From NCBI GenBank assembly GCA_049523135.1, contig JBEKNE010000001.1:210095-274094 (forward strand): a DNA stretch of 64,000 bases. Reading direction: 5' to 3'. Below, piece after piece: positions 36,185 through 45,730 of the stretch (position 1 is the first letter of the stretch; every line of letters starts with the position of its first letter). Made by a program: the position numbers and the translations under genes. The notes under the pieces were generated by a model. It saw only the letters and a list, made by a program, of their open reading frames with translations. It was not told the origin of the DNA and ran no database searches. The DNA comes from Candidatus Microgenomates bacterium (GTDB taxonomy: Bacteria; Patescibacteriota; Microgenomatia; UBA8517).

Positions 36185-37516
36185 ATGCTGTCAACTCCCG
36201 TTAAAAGACTGGTGTTAATTACGGTTTTGGTTATAGCGGCAATATATATTTGTTTGCCTCATACTTTTTCATTGTTTGGCAAGAATATTACCCGTCCGGA
36301 TTTGAATGTAAAAATCGGAAATCTTACTATCAACCGTAGTTTTGATTTGCATCTAGGTCTGGACCTTGCCGGAGGCAGCCAACTCGTGTTTGAAGCGGAT
36401 ATGAGCAAAATCCCCGCCGATAAGCAAGCCACAGCTTTGGAAAGTGTAAAAAATGTAATTGAAAATCGTGTTAATCTTTTTGGAATATCCGAACCCACTG
36501 TCCAGACGTCTGTTTTTGAAGGCAAGGATAGAATTATCGTCGAACTTCCGGGAATTAGTGATACCCAGCAGGCGATTAGTCTTATTGGTCAAACAGCCCA
36601 GCTTGCTTTTGCCGAAATTAAGGAAGTTCCTGGTATCAAAGGGGCATCACCTTCAGCACAGCTTGTTCCTACAGATCTGACTGGAGCTGATTTGCAAAGC
36701 GCATCGGTTATATTTGATTCACAAACCGGAAAACCCGAAGTCTCTCTTCAATTTACAACTGAAGGTGGCAATAAATTTGCGGATATTACCGGCAGAAATG
36801 TGGGTAAACCTCTTCCCATTGTGCTTGATAATAATATCATTGAGGAACCCGTAGTTCAGGAGCAAATTACCGGCGGAAACGCACAAATAACCGGAAGTTT
36901 TACTGTTGATGAAGCAAAACAACTTGCGGTTCAACTTAATGCCGGAGCTCTTCCTGTTCCCGTAAATCTTGTTCAGGAGACAACGGTCGGGGCAACTCTG
37001 GGAGCACTTTCCGTTAAGCAAAGTCTTCTTGCCGGGGTTGTTGGAATGATAATGGTTTGTCTTTTTATGATTCTGGCTTATGGAAAACTTGGTATTATCG
37101 CCGATCTTGGTCTCGGTATATTCACCGTGATCACAATTGCTCTTTATAAACTTATACCGGTTACAATTACACTTCCCGGAATTGCCGGATTCTTGCTTTC
37201 TGTCGGGATGGCAATGGACGGGAATATTCTTATTTTTGAAAGGTTTAAGGAGGAAAAGCCTAAGCACGAATATCATCAAGCGATGGAAATCGCATTTGGA
37301 AGAGCGTGGAATTCAATAAGAGATGCTTATACGGCGACACTTATTACATGTTTCATTTTGGCTAATCCTTTAGATTGGAATTTCTTAAATACCTCAGGTC
37401 CGATTAGAGGTTTTGCAATTACTCTTGGACTCGGAATTTTTATAAGTCTTTTTTCGGGAATTTTTGTCAGCAGGAATCTGCTTAGAGTTTTTACGAAAGG
37501 AGACAAAAATGATTGA
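36185..37516 (+). CDS. secD: Protein translocase subunit SecD
   Basis: N-terminal TM, periplasmic domain with LGLDLAGGSQLVFEAD, C-terminal 5-TM bundle. Confidence 0.9.
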   Translation: MLSTPVKRLVLITVLVIAAIYICLPHTFSLFGKNITRPDLNVKIGNLTINRSFDLHLGLDLAGGSQLVFEADMSKIPADKQATALESVKNVIENRVNLFGISEPTVQTSVFEGKDRIIVELPGISDTQQAISLIGQTAQLAFAEIKEVPGIKGASPSAQLVPTDLTGADLQSASVIFDSQTGKPEVSLQFTTEGGNKFADITGRNVGKPLPIVLDNNIIEEPVVQEQITGGNAQITGSFTVDEAKQLAVQLNAGALPVPVNLVQETTVGATLGALSVKQSLLAGVVGMIMVCLFMILAYGKLGIIADLGLGIFTVITIALYKLIPVTITLPGIAGFLLSVGMAMDGNILIFERFKEEKPKHEYHQAMEIAFGRAWNSIRDAYTATLITCFILANPLDWNFLNTSGPIRGFAITLGLGIFISLFSGIFVSRNLLRVFTKGDKND

Positions 37517-38384
37517 CTGGATGAAATATCGTTGGCTTTATTTGCTTATTTCCGGAACCGTAATTCTTTCGGGAATTTTTGGGATGATAAAATGGGGTTT
37601 TCGGATTGGTGTTGAATTTAAGGGCGGAACCTCTATTGAATATCAGCTTAATCGCGATGTGGATCCGGATAAATTAAGTACGGCAGTAAAAAGTGTCGGA
37701 GTGGAAGTTGTTTCTATCCAAAAAACAGCAACAGGATCTTATATTTTGAAACTTGGTCAGGTAACCAATTCCCAAAGGGCGGATATTAAGAAAAGTATCG
37801 AAAAACTTGGAGTTTCGGCAGATGAGCTTAGTTTTGAAGTGGTCGGCCCGACAGTCGGAGCCGAACTTGTCAGAAAAACAGTTTATGCGTTGCTACTTTC
37901 TTCTTTAGGAATTCTTCTTTGGGTGGCAATCCAATTCAAAAGTTTTAAGTTTGGAATTTCTGCAGTTTTGGCGATGCTGCACGATAGTTTGGTGGTTATC
38001 GGAACATATTCTCTCTTTTGCCACTTCTTCGGAGCGGAGGTAGATTTACTTTTTGTAACGGCTCTTCTCACAATACTTTCTTTTTCCGTACACGATACGA
38101 TTATAGTTTACGATAGGATTAGGGAATCCAAGAAAAGTTTTGGTGATGACCTTTATGGTCTAGCCAACAAAGCAACAAGCGAGACAATGGTCAGGTCCCT
38201 GAATAATACTTTTGTTGTTATTTTTATGATGGTGGCGCTTCTTCTTCTGGGAGGATCAACCATCAAATGGTTTACCGCAACTCTTCTTGTGGGGACTCTT
38301 TCGGGAGCATATTCGTCACCTTTTGTCGCAGTTTCAATTTTGGTAACCTGGGACGAACTTCAAAAGAAATTCAAGAAGTACTAG
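37509..38384 (+). CDS. secF: Protein translocase subunit SecF
   Basis: Start MIDWMKYRW (ATG 37509, 4-nt overlap with secD stop); SecF TM bundle. Confidence 0.88.
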   Translation: MIDWMKYRWLYLLISGTVILSGIFGMIKWGFRIGVEFKGGTSIEYQLNRDVDPDKLSTAVKSVGVEVVSIQKTATGSYILKLGQVTNSQRADIKKSIEKLGVSADELSFEVVGPTVGAELVRKTVYALLLSSLGILLWVAIQFKSFKFGISAVLAMLHDSLVVIGTYSLFCHFFGAEVDLLFVTALLTILSFSVHDTIIVYDRIRESKKSFGDDLYGLANKATSETMVRSLNNTFVVIFMMVALLLLGGSTIKWFTATLLVGTLSGAYSSPFVAVSILVTWDELQKKFKKY

Positions 38385-38448
38385 TTTTTACTGTTTTTGG
38401 ACATCTGCTTGGTTTGAAGCGTCGGAAAATTATGCAAGAGAAAATAAT

Positions 38449-39789
38449 TTATGACTTTTGGGAAAGTGCAGCTATTAAATCTTCTTTATTATTTTCAATT
38501 TCCTTATTTACTACTTTTTCAAATAGGTCATTCAGTATTTTTCCGACTTCCGGACCCGGTTTAAGGTTAAGCTCTTTCATCACGTCATTTCCGTCAATCT
38601 TCAGATCGCGAACAGTGAAGGGTTCCTTTTGAACTTCGATAAGTCTTTTCTTAAATTCCTCGAGCCGCCATGAAGTTTCCCTGGCTCCCCCTCCAAGTCT
38701 GTCTGCAACCCGAAGAGCTAGCATATCATCCATATTTTCCAGGCCCACATTCCGTAAAATTCTTCTTATGGCGGAGTCTGTTTGATGTTCATCAACCGTG
38801 AATTGATGCCACCGGATAAGTTTTATAAATTTGTCCTTTTCTTTATTGGAAAATCTAAGTCTGTCCGCAATGTTTTCGGCAATTTTAGTTGAAACCATTT
38901 CATGATTATAAAAAGTTATAGTTCCGGTTGAGAGTTTTTTATAAGTTTGGGGTTTACCAATATCATGAACTAAAGTTGCAAAGCGTGTAACAGGATCTGG
39001 CGATTTACAAAATTTCAGAGACATCAGAAGATGATTCCCAACATCATAAATGTGGTGACGCCCTGGGGATTTTTGCTCGACGCCGAAGCACTTTTCCATT
39101 TCCGGTAGAATTTCCTGCATAAGTCCGGAATTCCTGAAAAGAACCATCCCCTCATAGGGATTTGGAGATGCAAAGAGTTTAAAAAGTTCATCTTTTACTC
39201 TCTCTTTGGCGATTTTATTGATTAGAGGAGCGTTTTTTTTGATTGCTTCAAATGTCTTATTCTCGATGGTAAAGCCAAGTTCTGCGGCAATCCTTACGGC
39301 TCTCATCATTCTCAAGGCATCTTCGGAGAATCTTTCATTCGGATCTCCAACTGCTCTAATTAATTTATTTTTTATATCCTCTTGCCCTTTGTATAAATCG
39401 ATAATTTTAAGATTTTTATCGAGAGCCAATGAATTAATTGTAAAATCGCGCCTTGCCAAATCCTCTTCTAAGCTCTTTCCCCAGACAATTTTGGTTGGAT
39501 GGCGAAAGTCTTCGTACCCCTCTTCGGTTCTGAAAGTCGTTATTTCGTGAGGACGTTCAGGATCATCCGGATTATCCGTAAATACCGTACCGAACTGATT
39601 GTTATAAAGCCCACCGGGGACCACTTTTAAAATTTCTTCAGGGGTGGCATTGGTTGTGAAGTCCCAATCATTTGTAATTCTGCCCATAATGATGTCCCTG
39701 ACGGCTCCCCCCACGATATAAATTTCATATCCGGCTTTATCAAATTTTTCCAAGATATCTTTTACCGATTTTGGTAATTGGACTTCCAT
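38449..39789 (-). CDS. cca: CCA-adding enzyme (tRNA nucleotidyltransferase) with HD domain
   Basis: Pol-beta NT motif IYIVGGAVRDIIMGR...DWDF, HD motif LVHDIGK; start at MEVQLPKS. Confidence 0.88.
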   Translation of the reverse strand: MEVQLPKSVKDILEKFDKAGYEIYIVGGAVRDIIMGRITNDWDFTTNATPEEILKVVPGGLYNNQFGTVFTDNPDDPERPHEITTFRTEEGYEDFRHPTKIVWGKSLEEDLARRDFTINSLALDKNLKIIDLYKGQEDIKNKLIRAVGDPNERFSEDALRMMRAVRIAAELGFTIENKTFEAIKKNAPLINKIAKERVKDELFKLFASPNPYEGMVLFRNSGLMQEILPEMEKCFGVEQKSPGRHHIYDVGNHLLMSLKFCKSPDPVTRFATLVHDIGKPQTYKKLSTGTITFYNHEMVSTKIAENIADRLRFSNKEKDKFIKLIRWHQFTVDEHQTDSAIRRILRNVGLENMDDMLALRVADRLGGGARETSWRLEEFKKRLIEVQKEPFTVRDLKIDGNDVMKELNLKPGPEVGKILNDLFEKVVNKEIENNKEDLIAALSQKS

Positions 39790-39815
39790 GGCTATATAAG
39801 ATAAATTATACCAGT

Positions 39816-41426
39816 ATGAAGTGGGAAGTATTAGACAAATCATCGATATCGGATACAGAGTCAGTCGTAAATGTACTTCTTAAAAATAGGGGAATAAAGG
39901 GTGAAAAACAAAAGGAAGAATTTTTTTCACCAACTCTTCCCTCCAAAATTTTACTGAAATTTCTGGGTGTAAAAGAATCTGAGGTTAAAAAAGCAATTGC
40001 CAGAATTAAAAAAGCAAAGAAAAACAAGGAATTTGTAATTGTTTATGGAGATTATGATGCAGACGGAATTACGGCAACGGCAATTATGTGGGAAGCGCTC
40101 CATTCCTTTGGACTTGATGTTTTACCCCATATTCCGGATAGATTTGAGGAAGGATATGGAATTAATGCGGAAAGTATTCAGAGTCTTAAAACCAAAATTC
40201 CAAATTTAAAACTTATTGTGACAGTTGATAACGGGATTGTCGGTTATGAAGGAATTGAATCTGCTAAAAAATTGGGAATTGATGTTATCGTAGTTGATCA
40301 CCATACAAAGGGAACAAAAAACCTCAGTGCCCAAAGTGTAATTCACACGACAATGACTTCAGGTTCCGGTTTAGCATGGTTTTTTGCCCGTGAGTTGATA
40401 ATCATCCCAAATACTTTAGAATTGGCTGCAATCGGAGTAATCGCAGATCAGATTCCCCTGATTGGAGTGAATAGGTCAATTGTAAAATACGGGCTTCAGG
40501 AATTAAATAACACTAAAAGACCGGGTCTCTTAGCTCTTTTTAAAGAAGCAAGAATAGAAAAGGTTGGTGTGTATGAAGTGGGTTACATGATTGCTCCAAG
40601 GATAAACGCGATGGGCCGATTAAAAAACGGGATTGAATCGCTTCGTCTGCTTTGTACTAAAAATAAACTTAAGGCTTTTGAAATTGCCAAAAATATAGGA
40701 GGTATAAATTCTGAACGGCAAAAGATTGTTGAAGAGGTTCTTCTTCTTGCACGGAAGAAAGTGACCAATGAAAAAATTATAGTAATATCAGGTGAGAATT
40801 ATCACGAGGGAGTAATAGGACTTGCGGCGGGACGTCTGGTTGAGGAGTTTTATCGTCCGGCAATAGTATTTTCGGTAAAAGGAGATATTTCAAAGGCATC
40901 TGCCCGTTCCGTAGTAGGATTTAACATAATTGAAGCAATTAGGGGGGTAAATCTTCATCTCGAAGGTGGAGGGCATCCTATGGCGGCCGGATTTTCTATT
41001 GAAACAGAAAAAATTGACAAATTTACCAAGGAGATAAATAGATATGCCAGTAAATTGTTAACCAATGAGCTGTTATCAAAAAAACTAAGAATTGATTGTA
41101 AAATTGGTTTTGATCAATTGAATTATGATCTGATAAAGAAACTTGATGAGTTTGAACCGACGGGGTTAGGCAATCCTGGGGCTACGTTTATGTCAAAGCG
41201 CGTAGAAATAATAAGTGTAAAACCTGTCGGGCGTGAGGCAAGACATCTGAAGATGAAACTAAAACAAGATGAATATATTTTTGACTCAATATTTTTCGGT
41301 GGAGGAGAAATGTACTCAAAGTTAATTCCAAATTCAAAAATTGATATAGTTTATCAAATTGAGGAGAATATTTGGAATGGATATAAATCAATTCAGCTAA
41401 AAATAAAGGATATAAACAAAAATTAG
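39816..41426 (+). CDS. recJ: Single-stranded-DNA-specific exonuclease RecJ
   Basis: DHH motifs (VIVYGDYDADGITA, VDHH), DHHA1 (GGGHPMAAG); start at MKWEVL. Confidence 0.9.
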   Translation: MKWEVLDKSSISDTESVVNVLLKNRGIKGEKQKEEFFSPTLPSKILLKFLGVKESEVKKAIARIKKAKKNKEFVIVYGDYDADGITATAIMWEALHSFGLDVLPHIPDRFEEGYGINAESIQSLKTKIPNLKLIVTVDNGIVGYEGIESAKKLGIDVIVVDHHTKGTKNLSAQSVIHTTMTSGSGLAWFFARELIIIPNTLELAAIGVIADQIPLIGVNRSIVKYGLQELNNTKRPGLLALFKEARIEKVGVYEVGYMIAPRINAMGRLKNGIESLRLLCTKNKLKAFEIAKNIGGINSERQKIVEEVLLLARKKVTNEKIIVISGENYHEGVIGLAAGRLVEEFYRPAIVFSVKGDISKASARSVVGFNIIEAIRGVNLHLEGGGHPMAAGFSIETEKIDKFTKEINRYASKLLTNELLSKKLRIDCKIGFDQLNYDLIKKLDEFEPTGLGNPGATFMSKRVEIISVKPVGREARHLKMKLKQDEYIFDSIFFGGGEMYSKLIPNSKIDIVYQIEENIWNGYKSIQLKIKDINKN

Positions 41427-41749
41427 TTATGGTTTTCGGCAACAATTAGTGACCTTACACTTCCATCACTTTGAACAAAAGGAGGAAGCACAATCTGTAT
41501 TTCGTCGTTGTTAATTAACGATTGATCGGTATATGCATTTGTAACTCCGTGTCCAAGTATTCCATTAATCTCTTTGTGGATTTCCTTATCGTTGGTAGAG
41601 GCGTATATATATCTTGGACATTCCTTAATATCAAGTTTTCCACAATGTCCATCATGAGGAAGTGATATCATTTTTGAGTCAGGCGGATTTTCTCTAAATT
41701 TAACAAAACCGCAATGTTTACGAAACCGGCATTCACCTTCTGTTGTCAT
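41423..41749 (-). CDS. Hypothetical Cys/His-containing protein (108 aa)
   Basis: Clean ORF convergent with recJ; CRFRKHCGF, HDGHCGKLDIKEC possible metal ligands; family not recognized. Confidence 0.45.
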   Translation of the reverse strand: MTTEGECRFRKHCGFVKFRENPPDSKMISLPHDGHCGKLDIKECPRYIYASTNDKEIHKEINGILGHGVTNAYTDQSLINNDEIQIVLPPFVQSDGSVRSLIVAENHN

Positions 41750-41893
41750 AGGAGTCTATTTTACAAAAACTGTGCTTATTATCAAGGACGTAAAAACTGC
41801 TTGCACTCATCCAACTTTTATTTATAGTAATTTATTACCATATTTTATTTTGTTGAATGAGTGCATTTGGAAAGAAACGAAAAAGGAAAAAGA

Positions 41894-42046
41894 TTAACCG
41901 CTTCCAGACTTTTGGTGACATTTATATACTTCCGCAATTTCTGGAATTTTTTCATCATCATCTGGTTCAGGTTCTTGCTCTTTCTCCTTTTTTTTCGGAC
42001 AGTTATCCTCGTCGTGTAGAAAAGAACCACAAAATGAGCAATACAT
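41894..42046 (-). CDS. Small Cys-rich protein, 50 aa (not in ORF track)
   Basis: Manual translation MYCSFCGSFLHDEDNCPKKKEKEQEPEPDDDEKIPEIAEVYKCHQKSGSG with a strong SD (GAGGAGAAUAUU-AUG). Preferred over the alternative-frame track ORF 41845..42081, which lacks an SD. Confidence 0.45.
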   Translation of the reverse strand: MYCSFCGSFLHDEDNCPKKKEKEQEPEPDDDEKIPEIAEVYKCHQKSGSG

Positions 42047-42064
42047 AATATTCTCCTCTCCGTT

Positions 42065-42117
42065 CCGAATAGTAGTAACACACTACTTGCATGGGTAATG
42101 TGTTCCTTTCTATTCGG
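42065..42117. repeat. Long imperfect inverted repeat (CCGAATAG...TAACACA..TGTGTT...CTATTCGG)
   Basis: 8-bp outer and 6-7-bp inner complementary arms, 20 nt upstream (minus sense) of the small ORF start. Confidence 0.5.
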
Positions 42118-42135
42118 ATGTGTGTCAAAGTGCCG

Positions 42136-42197
42136 ATAAAAACAAAAAACCTCTTTTTAAAAAGAGGTTGAACGGTAACCAAATAGGTTCAACCCCC
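42136..42197 (-). promoter_or_regulatory. Two mutually exclusive hairpins; on the minus strand they read as anti-terminator then terminator + U-run (attenuator-like)
   Basis: Perfect palindrome AACCTCTTTTT/AAAAAGAGGTT (42148-42169) with A12 (plus) = U-run (minus). It overlaps GGTTGAAC...GTTCAACC (42166-42194) through shared GGTT. Confidence 0.4.
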
Positions 42198-42324
42198 TTA
42201 GGTTAAGAGGTTAATTTGAACAAATTTAGTTCCGTAAGAAAATTCCATAATTAGATATTTGTATTACATAGAATTTATGCCTACTTGTCAAGCACGGAAA
42301 TTAAAATTACAATTGGGAAGAGTT

Positions 42325-43638
42325 ATGGAAAGAACACTTGTAGCGGAAGCCGTAAAAAAGATTGGAGAAAAAGTCCGCCTGGAAGGTTGGGTAAATACTG
42401 TCCGTGATCATGGAAAAATTACTTTTATAGATTTAAGAGACAGGAGTGGGATTGTTCAGTGTGTCGGGAGCGATTTGGAAAAAGTATCTCCGGAATCCGT
42501 GGTTGAAATAACAGGAATCGTTGCCAAACGTCCGGAAAAATTAATTAATCCAAAAATAAAAACCGGGAGCGTTGAAATTCAAATTGAAACATTGAAAGTA
42601 ATCAGTGCAGCTGCCGAGTTACCGTTTGACATGGGTGCGGAGGACCTGAATTTGGATTTACCGACTCTTTTAAATTATCGCGCGCTAACTCTGCGTCACA
42701 AAAAACAGCAGGCAATTTTTAAGGTTCAGGCAGTTATCATAGATGCTTTCAGGCAGTCTCTTCTTAAAAAAGATTTCATTGAGTTTCAGGCCCCTTCAAT
42801 AATATCGGCAGTGCCGGAAGGAGGGGCGGAAGTATTCAAAATAAAATATTTCGATCATGAAGTTTATCTTTCCCAAAGTCCCCAACTTTATAAATCACTT
42901 CTTGTTGGAGCGTTTGAACGTGTGTTTTCCGTAAATCATATATTTAGGGCCGAACCATCCGTGACGACACGCCACCTGACGGAGGTTACCAGTTTGGATG
43001 CGGAATTCGGTTTTATAGATTCATGGAAAGATGTTATTGATATGGAAGAATATGTAGTGAGATTTATCTTTTCCGAAGTTGAGAAAAAATGTGGAGATGA
43101 ATTGAGCCTGCTTGGTGCGACTTTACCAAAACTTTCGGATAAAATATCAGTTCTTAAACTACGTGAAGCTCAGGAAATTATTTATAAAAGGACGGGAAGA
43201 GATGTCCGAGCCGAAAAGGATTTAGCTCCGGAGGATGAAAGGGAAATTTGTAAGTGGTCATTAGAGGAGAAAGGTAGTGACCTTGTATTTATTTCTCATT
43301 TTCCGACCAAGAAAAAACCTTTTTATGTTTATCCTGATCCTTCCGACCCGACTTATGGATTTTCAGTTGACCTATTGGGTAGGGGTGTTGAGTGGTCAAG
43401 CGGTGGTCAAAGACTTAATGATTACAAGGAAATATTAGAACATGTGAAGGAGTGGGGTTTAAAGGAAGAAGACATAGAGCTTTTCCTGCAGTCTTTCCGT
43501 TACGGGGTTCCTCCGCTCGGCGGATTTGCACTAGGGGCCGAACGGATGACGATGCATATCCTGGAACTTAAAAATATACGTGAAGCTTCGCTCTTTCCGA
43601 GAGATATGGAAAGAGTTGATCTTAGACTTTCCAAATGA
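42325..43638 (+). CDS. aspS: Aspartyl-tRNA synthetase (compact, likely non-discriminating type)
   Basis: N-terminal OB anticodon-binding domain, class II motifs (FRAE, GGxxRLxM-like GAERMTM); start MERTLV with SD GGGAAGAG. Confidence 0.88.
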   Translation: MERTLVAEAVKKIGEKVRLEGWVNTVRDHGKITFIDLRDRSGIVQCVGSDLEKVSPESVVEITGIVAKRPEKLINPKIKTGSVEIQIETLKVISAAAELPFDMGAEDLNLDLPTLLNYRALTLRHKKQQAIFKVQAVIIDAFRQSLLKKDFIEFQAPSIISAVPEGGAEVFKIKYFDHEVYLSQSPQLYKSLLVGAFERVFSVNHIFRAEPSVTTRHLTEVTSLDAEFGFIDSWKDVIDMEEYVVRFIFSEVEKKCGDELSLLGATLPKLSDKISVLKLREAQEIIYKRTGRDVRAEKDLAPEDEREICKWSLEEKGSDLVFISHFPTKKKPFYVYPDPSDPTYGFSVDLLGRGVEWSSGGQRLNDYKEILEHVKEWGLKEEDIELFLQSFRYGVPPLGGFALGAERMTMHILELKNIREASLFPRDMERVDLRLSK

Positions 43639-44564
43639 ATCTTCGCAAAAACAAAAATTGGTTTTTGTACTTGTCCATGCTGGCCTTTGTTTTCATTTCT
43701 ACAAGCGCCCTATCTATTTCAAAAAACCTCCCTACGGCGGTAAAAAATATTTCGGAAAACTTATTCCTTCAGAAGAAGTTTCCACCTAATCCGGTTTTGG
43801 GAGCCGATACTTCTTTTCCTGTTCTTTCGGCTCAGGGAGCTCTTGCTGTTGATTTGGATTCGGGTGTAAGTCTTTATGAAAAAAATCCCGATGCAACCCT
43901 TCTTCCCGCCTCTACTACAAAAATAGTAACAGCACTTGTTTCTCTTGATACCTACCCGCTTGATCAGGTTTTAACTGTACCCAAGGGAGTTAATGTAGAT
44001 GGGCAAAAAATGGGTCTTTATGCGGGGGAGCAGATGAAATTTGAGAATATACTTTACGGTTTACTGGTTTATTCGGCAAACGATGCAGCGGAAACATTGG
44101 CAATCGATTATCCCGGCGGATATGATGCTTTTATTTCCGCGATGAACGCCAAAGCAAAAGATCTTTCCATGGTTAATTCCCATTTTGATAATCCTGTTGG
44201 GCTTGATACCGATGATCAACATTCAACCGCAAGAGATTTAGTCAGAGCTGCTGAAGTGGCAATGAGAAATCCTGAATTTGCAAAAGTTGTTGACACAGAA
44301 CAAATTACAGTAACCGACGTCACAAACAAAAATGTTTACAATCTCAAGAATATTAATGAGCTTTTGGGAAGTGTACCCGGGGTTATGGGAGTTAAAACCG
44401 GTTGGACAGAAAATGCGCGTGAGAATTTAGTTACTTACATAGAACGCGACGGACATAAAGTTATGATTGCGGTTTTGGGGAGTGAAGACAGGTTTGGAGA
44501 AACTAAACAGCTTATTGATTGGATTTTCTCAAATTATAAATGGGAAGACGTAACGTTTCCTTAA
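43635..44564 (+). CDS. D-alanyl-D-alanine carboxypeptidase (PBP5/6-like, S11 peptidase)
   Basis: Signal peptide; SxxK (ASTTK), SxN (SAND), KTG (KTGWT) motifs. Confidence 0.85.
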   Translation: MNLRKNKNWFLYLSMLAFVFISTSALSISKNLPTAVKNISENLFLQKKFPPNPVLGADTSFPVLSAQGALAVDLDSGVSLYEKNPDATLLPASTTKIVTALVSLDTYPLDQVLTVPKGVNVDGQKMGLYAGEQMKFENILYGLLVYSANDAAETLAIDYPGGYDAFISAMNAKAKDLSMVNSHFDNPVGLDTDDQHSTARDLVRAAEVAMRNPEFAKVVDTEQITVTDVTNKNVYNLKNINELLGSVPGVMGVKTGWTENARENLVTYIERDGHKVMIAVLGSEDRFGETKQLIDWIFSNYKWEDVTFP

Positions 44565-44581
44565 TTTAATTTCCGTGGTGG

Positions 44582-44617
44582 GATTACTCAGCGTAATGGG
44601 ATTACTGTGCGTAATAA
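44582..44617. repeat. Tandem 18-bp hairpin units (GGGATTACTCAGCGTAAT / GGGATTACTGTGCGTAAT) between convergent genes
   Basis: Two near-identical units, each an ATTAC/GTAAT mini-hairpin; probable bidirectional terminator. Confidence 0.4.
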
Positions 44618-45654
44618 GCAGAAGTTACTGCAGGTAAGTAGGCTTCAAATCCGTTATCTCCTTCAAATACATAGATCGGTTGGTAAAATTCAGTTATAGA
44701 ATCGGGATCAAAATAAGCAAGATAAATTTTCCTGATTTTTAGAGAGTCGCCGTCTTTATTTACACCAAGTGACGCAATAAATGCCTGATTATTTTGCAGT
44801 TCACTAAATGCTTCTGCAGGAGTTTTAATAGGATAAGTTGAATATTGGGTTTCATCGACGGCGTAATAATGATATTCCGCCGCAATTATTTCCTGTCCCT
44901 GATTATTTGCTCCGCTTATTATTGCCCAAACGTTGGCCTGATCAGGATTGCCGGTTACGCTTGGAAGATTATCATAATCTTGTCTAAATAAATTGATTTT
45001 AATTAAGTTTGATTCCGAAAGTGAAAGGGCATTTACAAGTTGTCCATTTGAAAGTTTTAGAAACTCATTTGTCATAGGTCCGGTGAGGTCTGTAGGAAGA
45101 ATATTTGCGCCGGAAAGAATTGATCTGAAGTCTGAAGCTGCAACTTCCGCAACAGGGGGTTTAAAGTCCAGCGGGCTTTTATCAGCGGCTAAGTTGTAAC
45201 TGATCGAAAATGTGCCCGTAATTATATTCATTTGCAGCGTTGAGGGGTAATTGGCGTTTGTAAATTTGTAGATAGTATCTGAGACTTGTTGGGCGTCGGA
45301 GCCGTATCCCAAGCTCGAGCTTATTGTTTTTGCGGAGTCCAGAGAAAGAAGGTTTGCATTTGTTTTAGGCATAAAATAAACCTTGGCCTGAGTTGGAATG
45401 TCTGTAGGAAGTCCTCCTTCTGCCGTTTCAAGAGTATAGGTGAGTTTAGCGGTGATTCCATTACTTGGAAAAGGAATTACGGTAAGTTTGCCGTATTTTA
45501 CGGTTGGTGTCGGAGGGGGCGCCGGAAACAGTTTTTTATAAATTGCAATTCCCGAGTCAAGAATAATTCTTCCGACAATTAGGAAAATAAGCAGGTAAAT
45601 AATGTATCTAATAACTTTTCTGGCTGTAATTGCAATTCGGGTCAGTGAGGTCAT
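44602..45654 (-). CDS. Hypothetical membrane-anchored extracellular protein (350 aa)
   Basis: N-terminal TM then Pro-rich linker; no recognized domain. Confidence 0.5.
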   Translation of the reverse strand: MTSLTRIAITARKVIRYIIYLLIFLIVGRIILDSGIAIYKKLFPAPPPTPTVKYGKLTVIPFPSNGITAKLTYTLETAEGGLPTDIPTQAKVYFMPKTNANLLSLDSAKTISSSLGYGSDAQQVSDTIYKFTNANYPSTLQMNIITGTFSISYNLAADKSPLDFKPPVAEVAASDFRSILSGANILPTDLTGPMTNEFLKLSNGQLVNALSLSESNLIKINLFRQDYDNLPSVTGNPDQANVWAIISGANNQGQEIIAAEYHYYAVDETQYSTYPIKTPAEAFSELQNNQAFIASLGVNKDGDSLKIRKIYLAYFDPDSITEFYQPIYVFEGDNGFEAYLPAVTSAYYAQ

Positions 45655-45730
45655 ACCTTAGTATAAATGCTAAATACTAAATTATAAATGCTAAATGATA
45701 AATAAATAATTAGATGTTAGAATTGAAGCT

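Noticed and set aside
41845-42081. 78-aa minus ORF from the track (MLLLFGTERR...)
   Set aside because: It has no SD and low-complexity basic composition; the alternative-frame 50-aa ORF (41894-42046) has a strong SD and Cys-rich protein-like sequence.
42047-42324. T-box riboswitch upstream of aspS
   Set aside because: The T-box consensus (AAUUAGGGUGGUACCGCG-like box) and specifier-loop architecture are absent, and the leader is too short; the hairpins are better explained as terminator/antiterminator elements.
44582-44617. CRISPR-like repeat
   Set aside because: Only two 18-bp units with no spacers; each unit is itself a mini-hairpin placed between convergent genes, so it fits a bidirectional terminator. 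No CRISPR array was seen elsewhere in the window.
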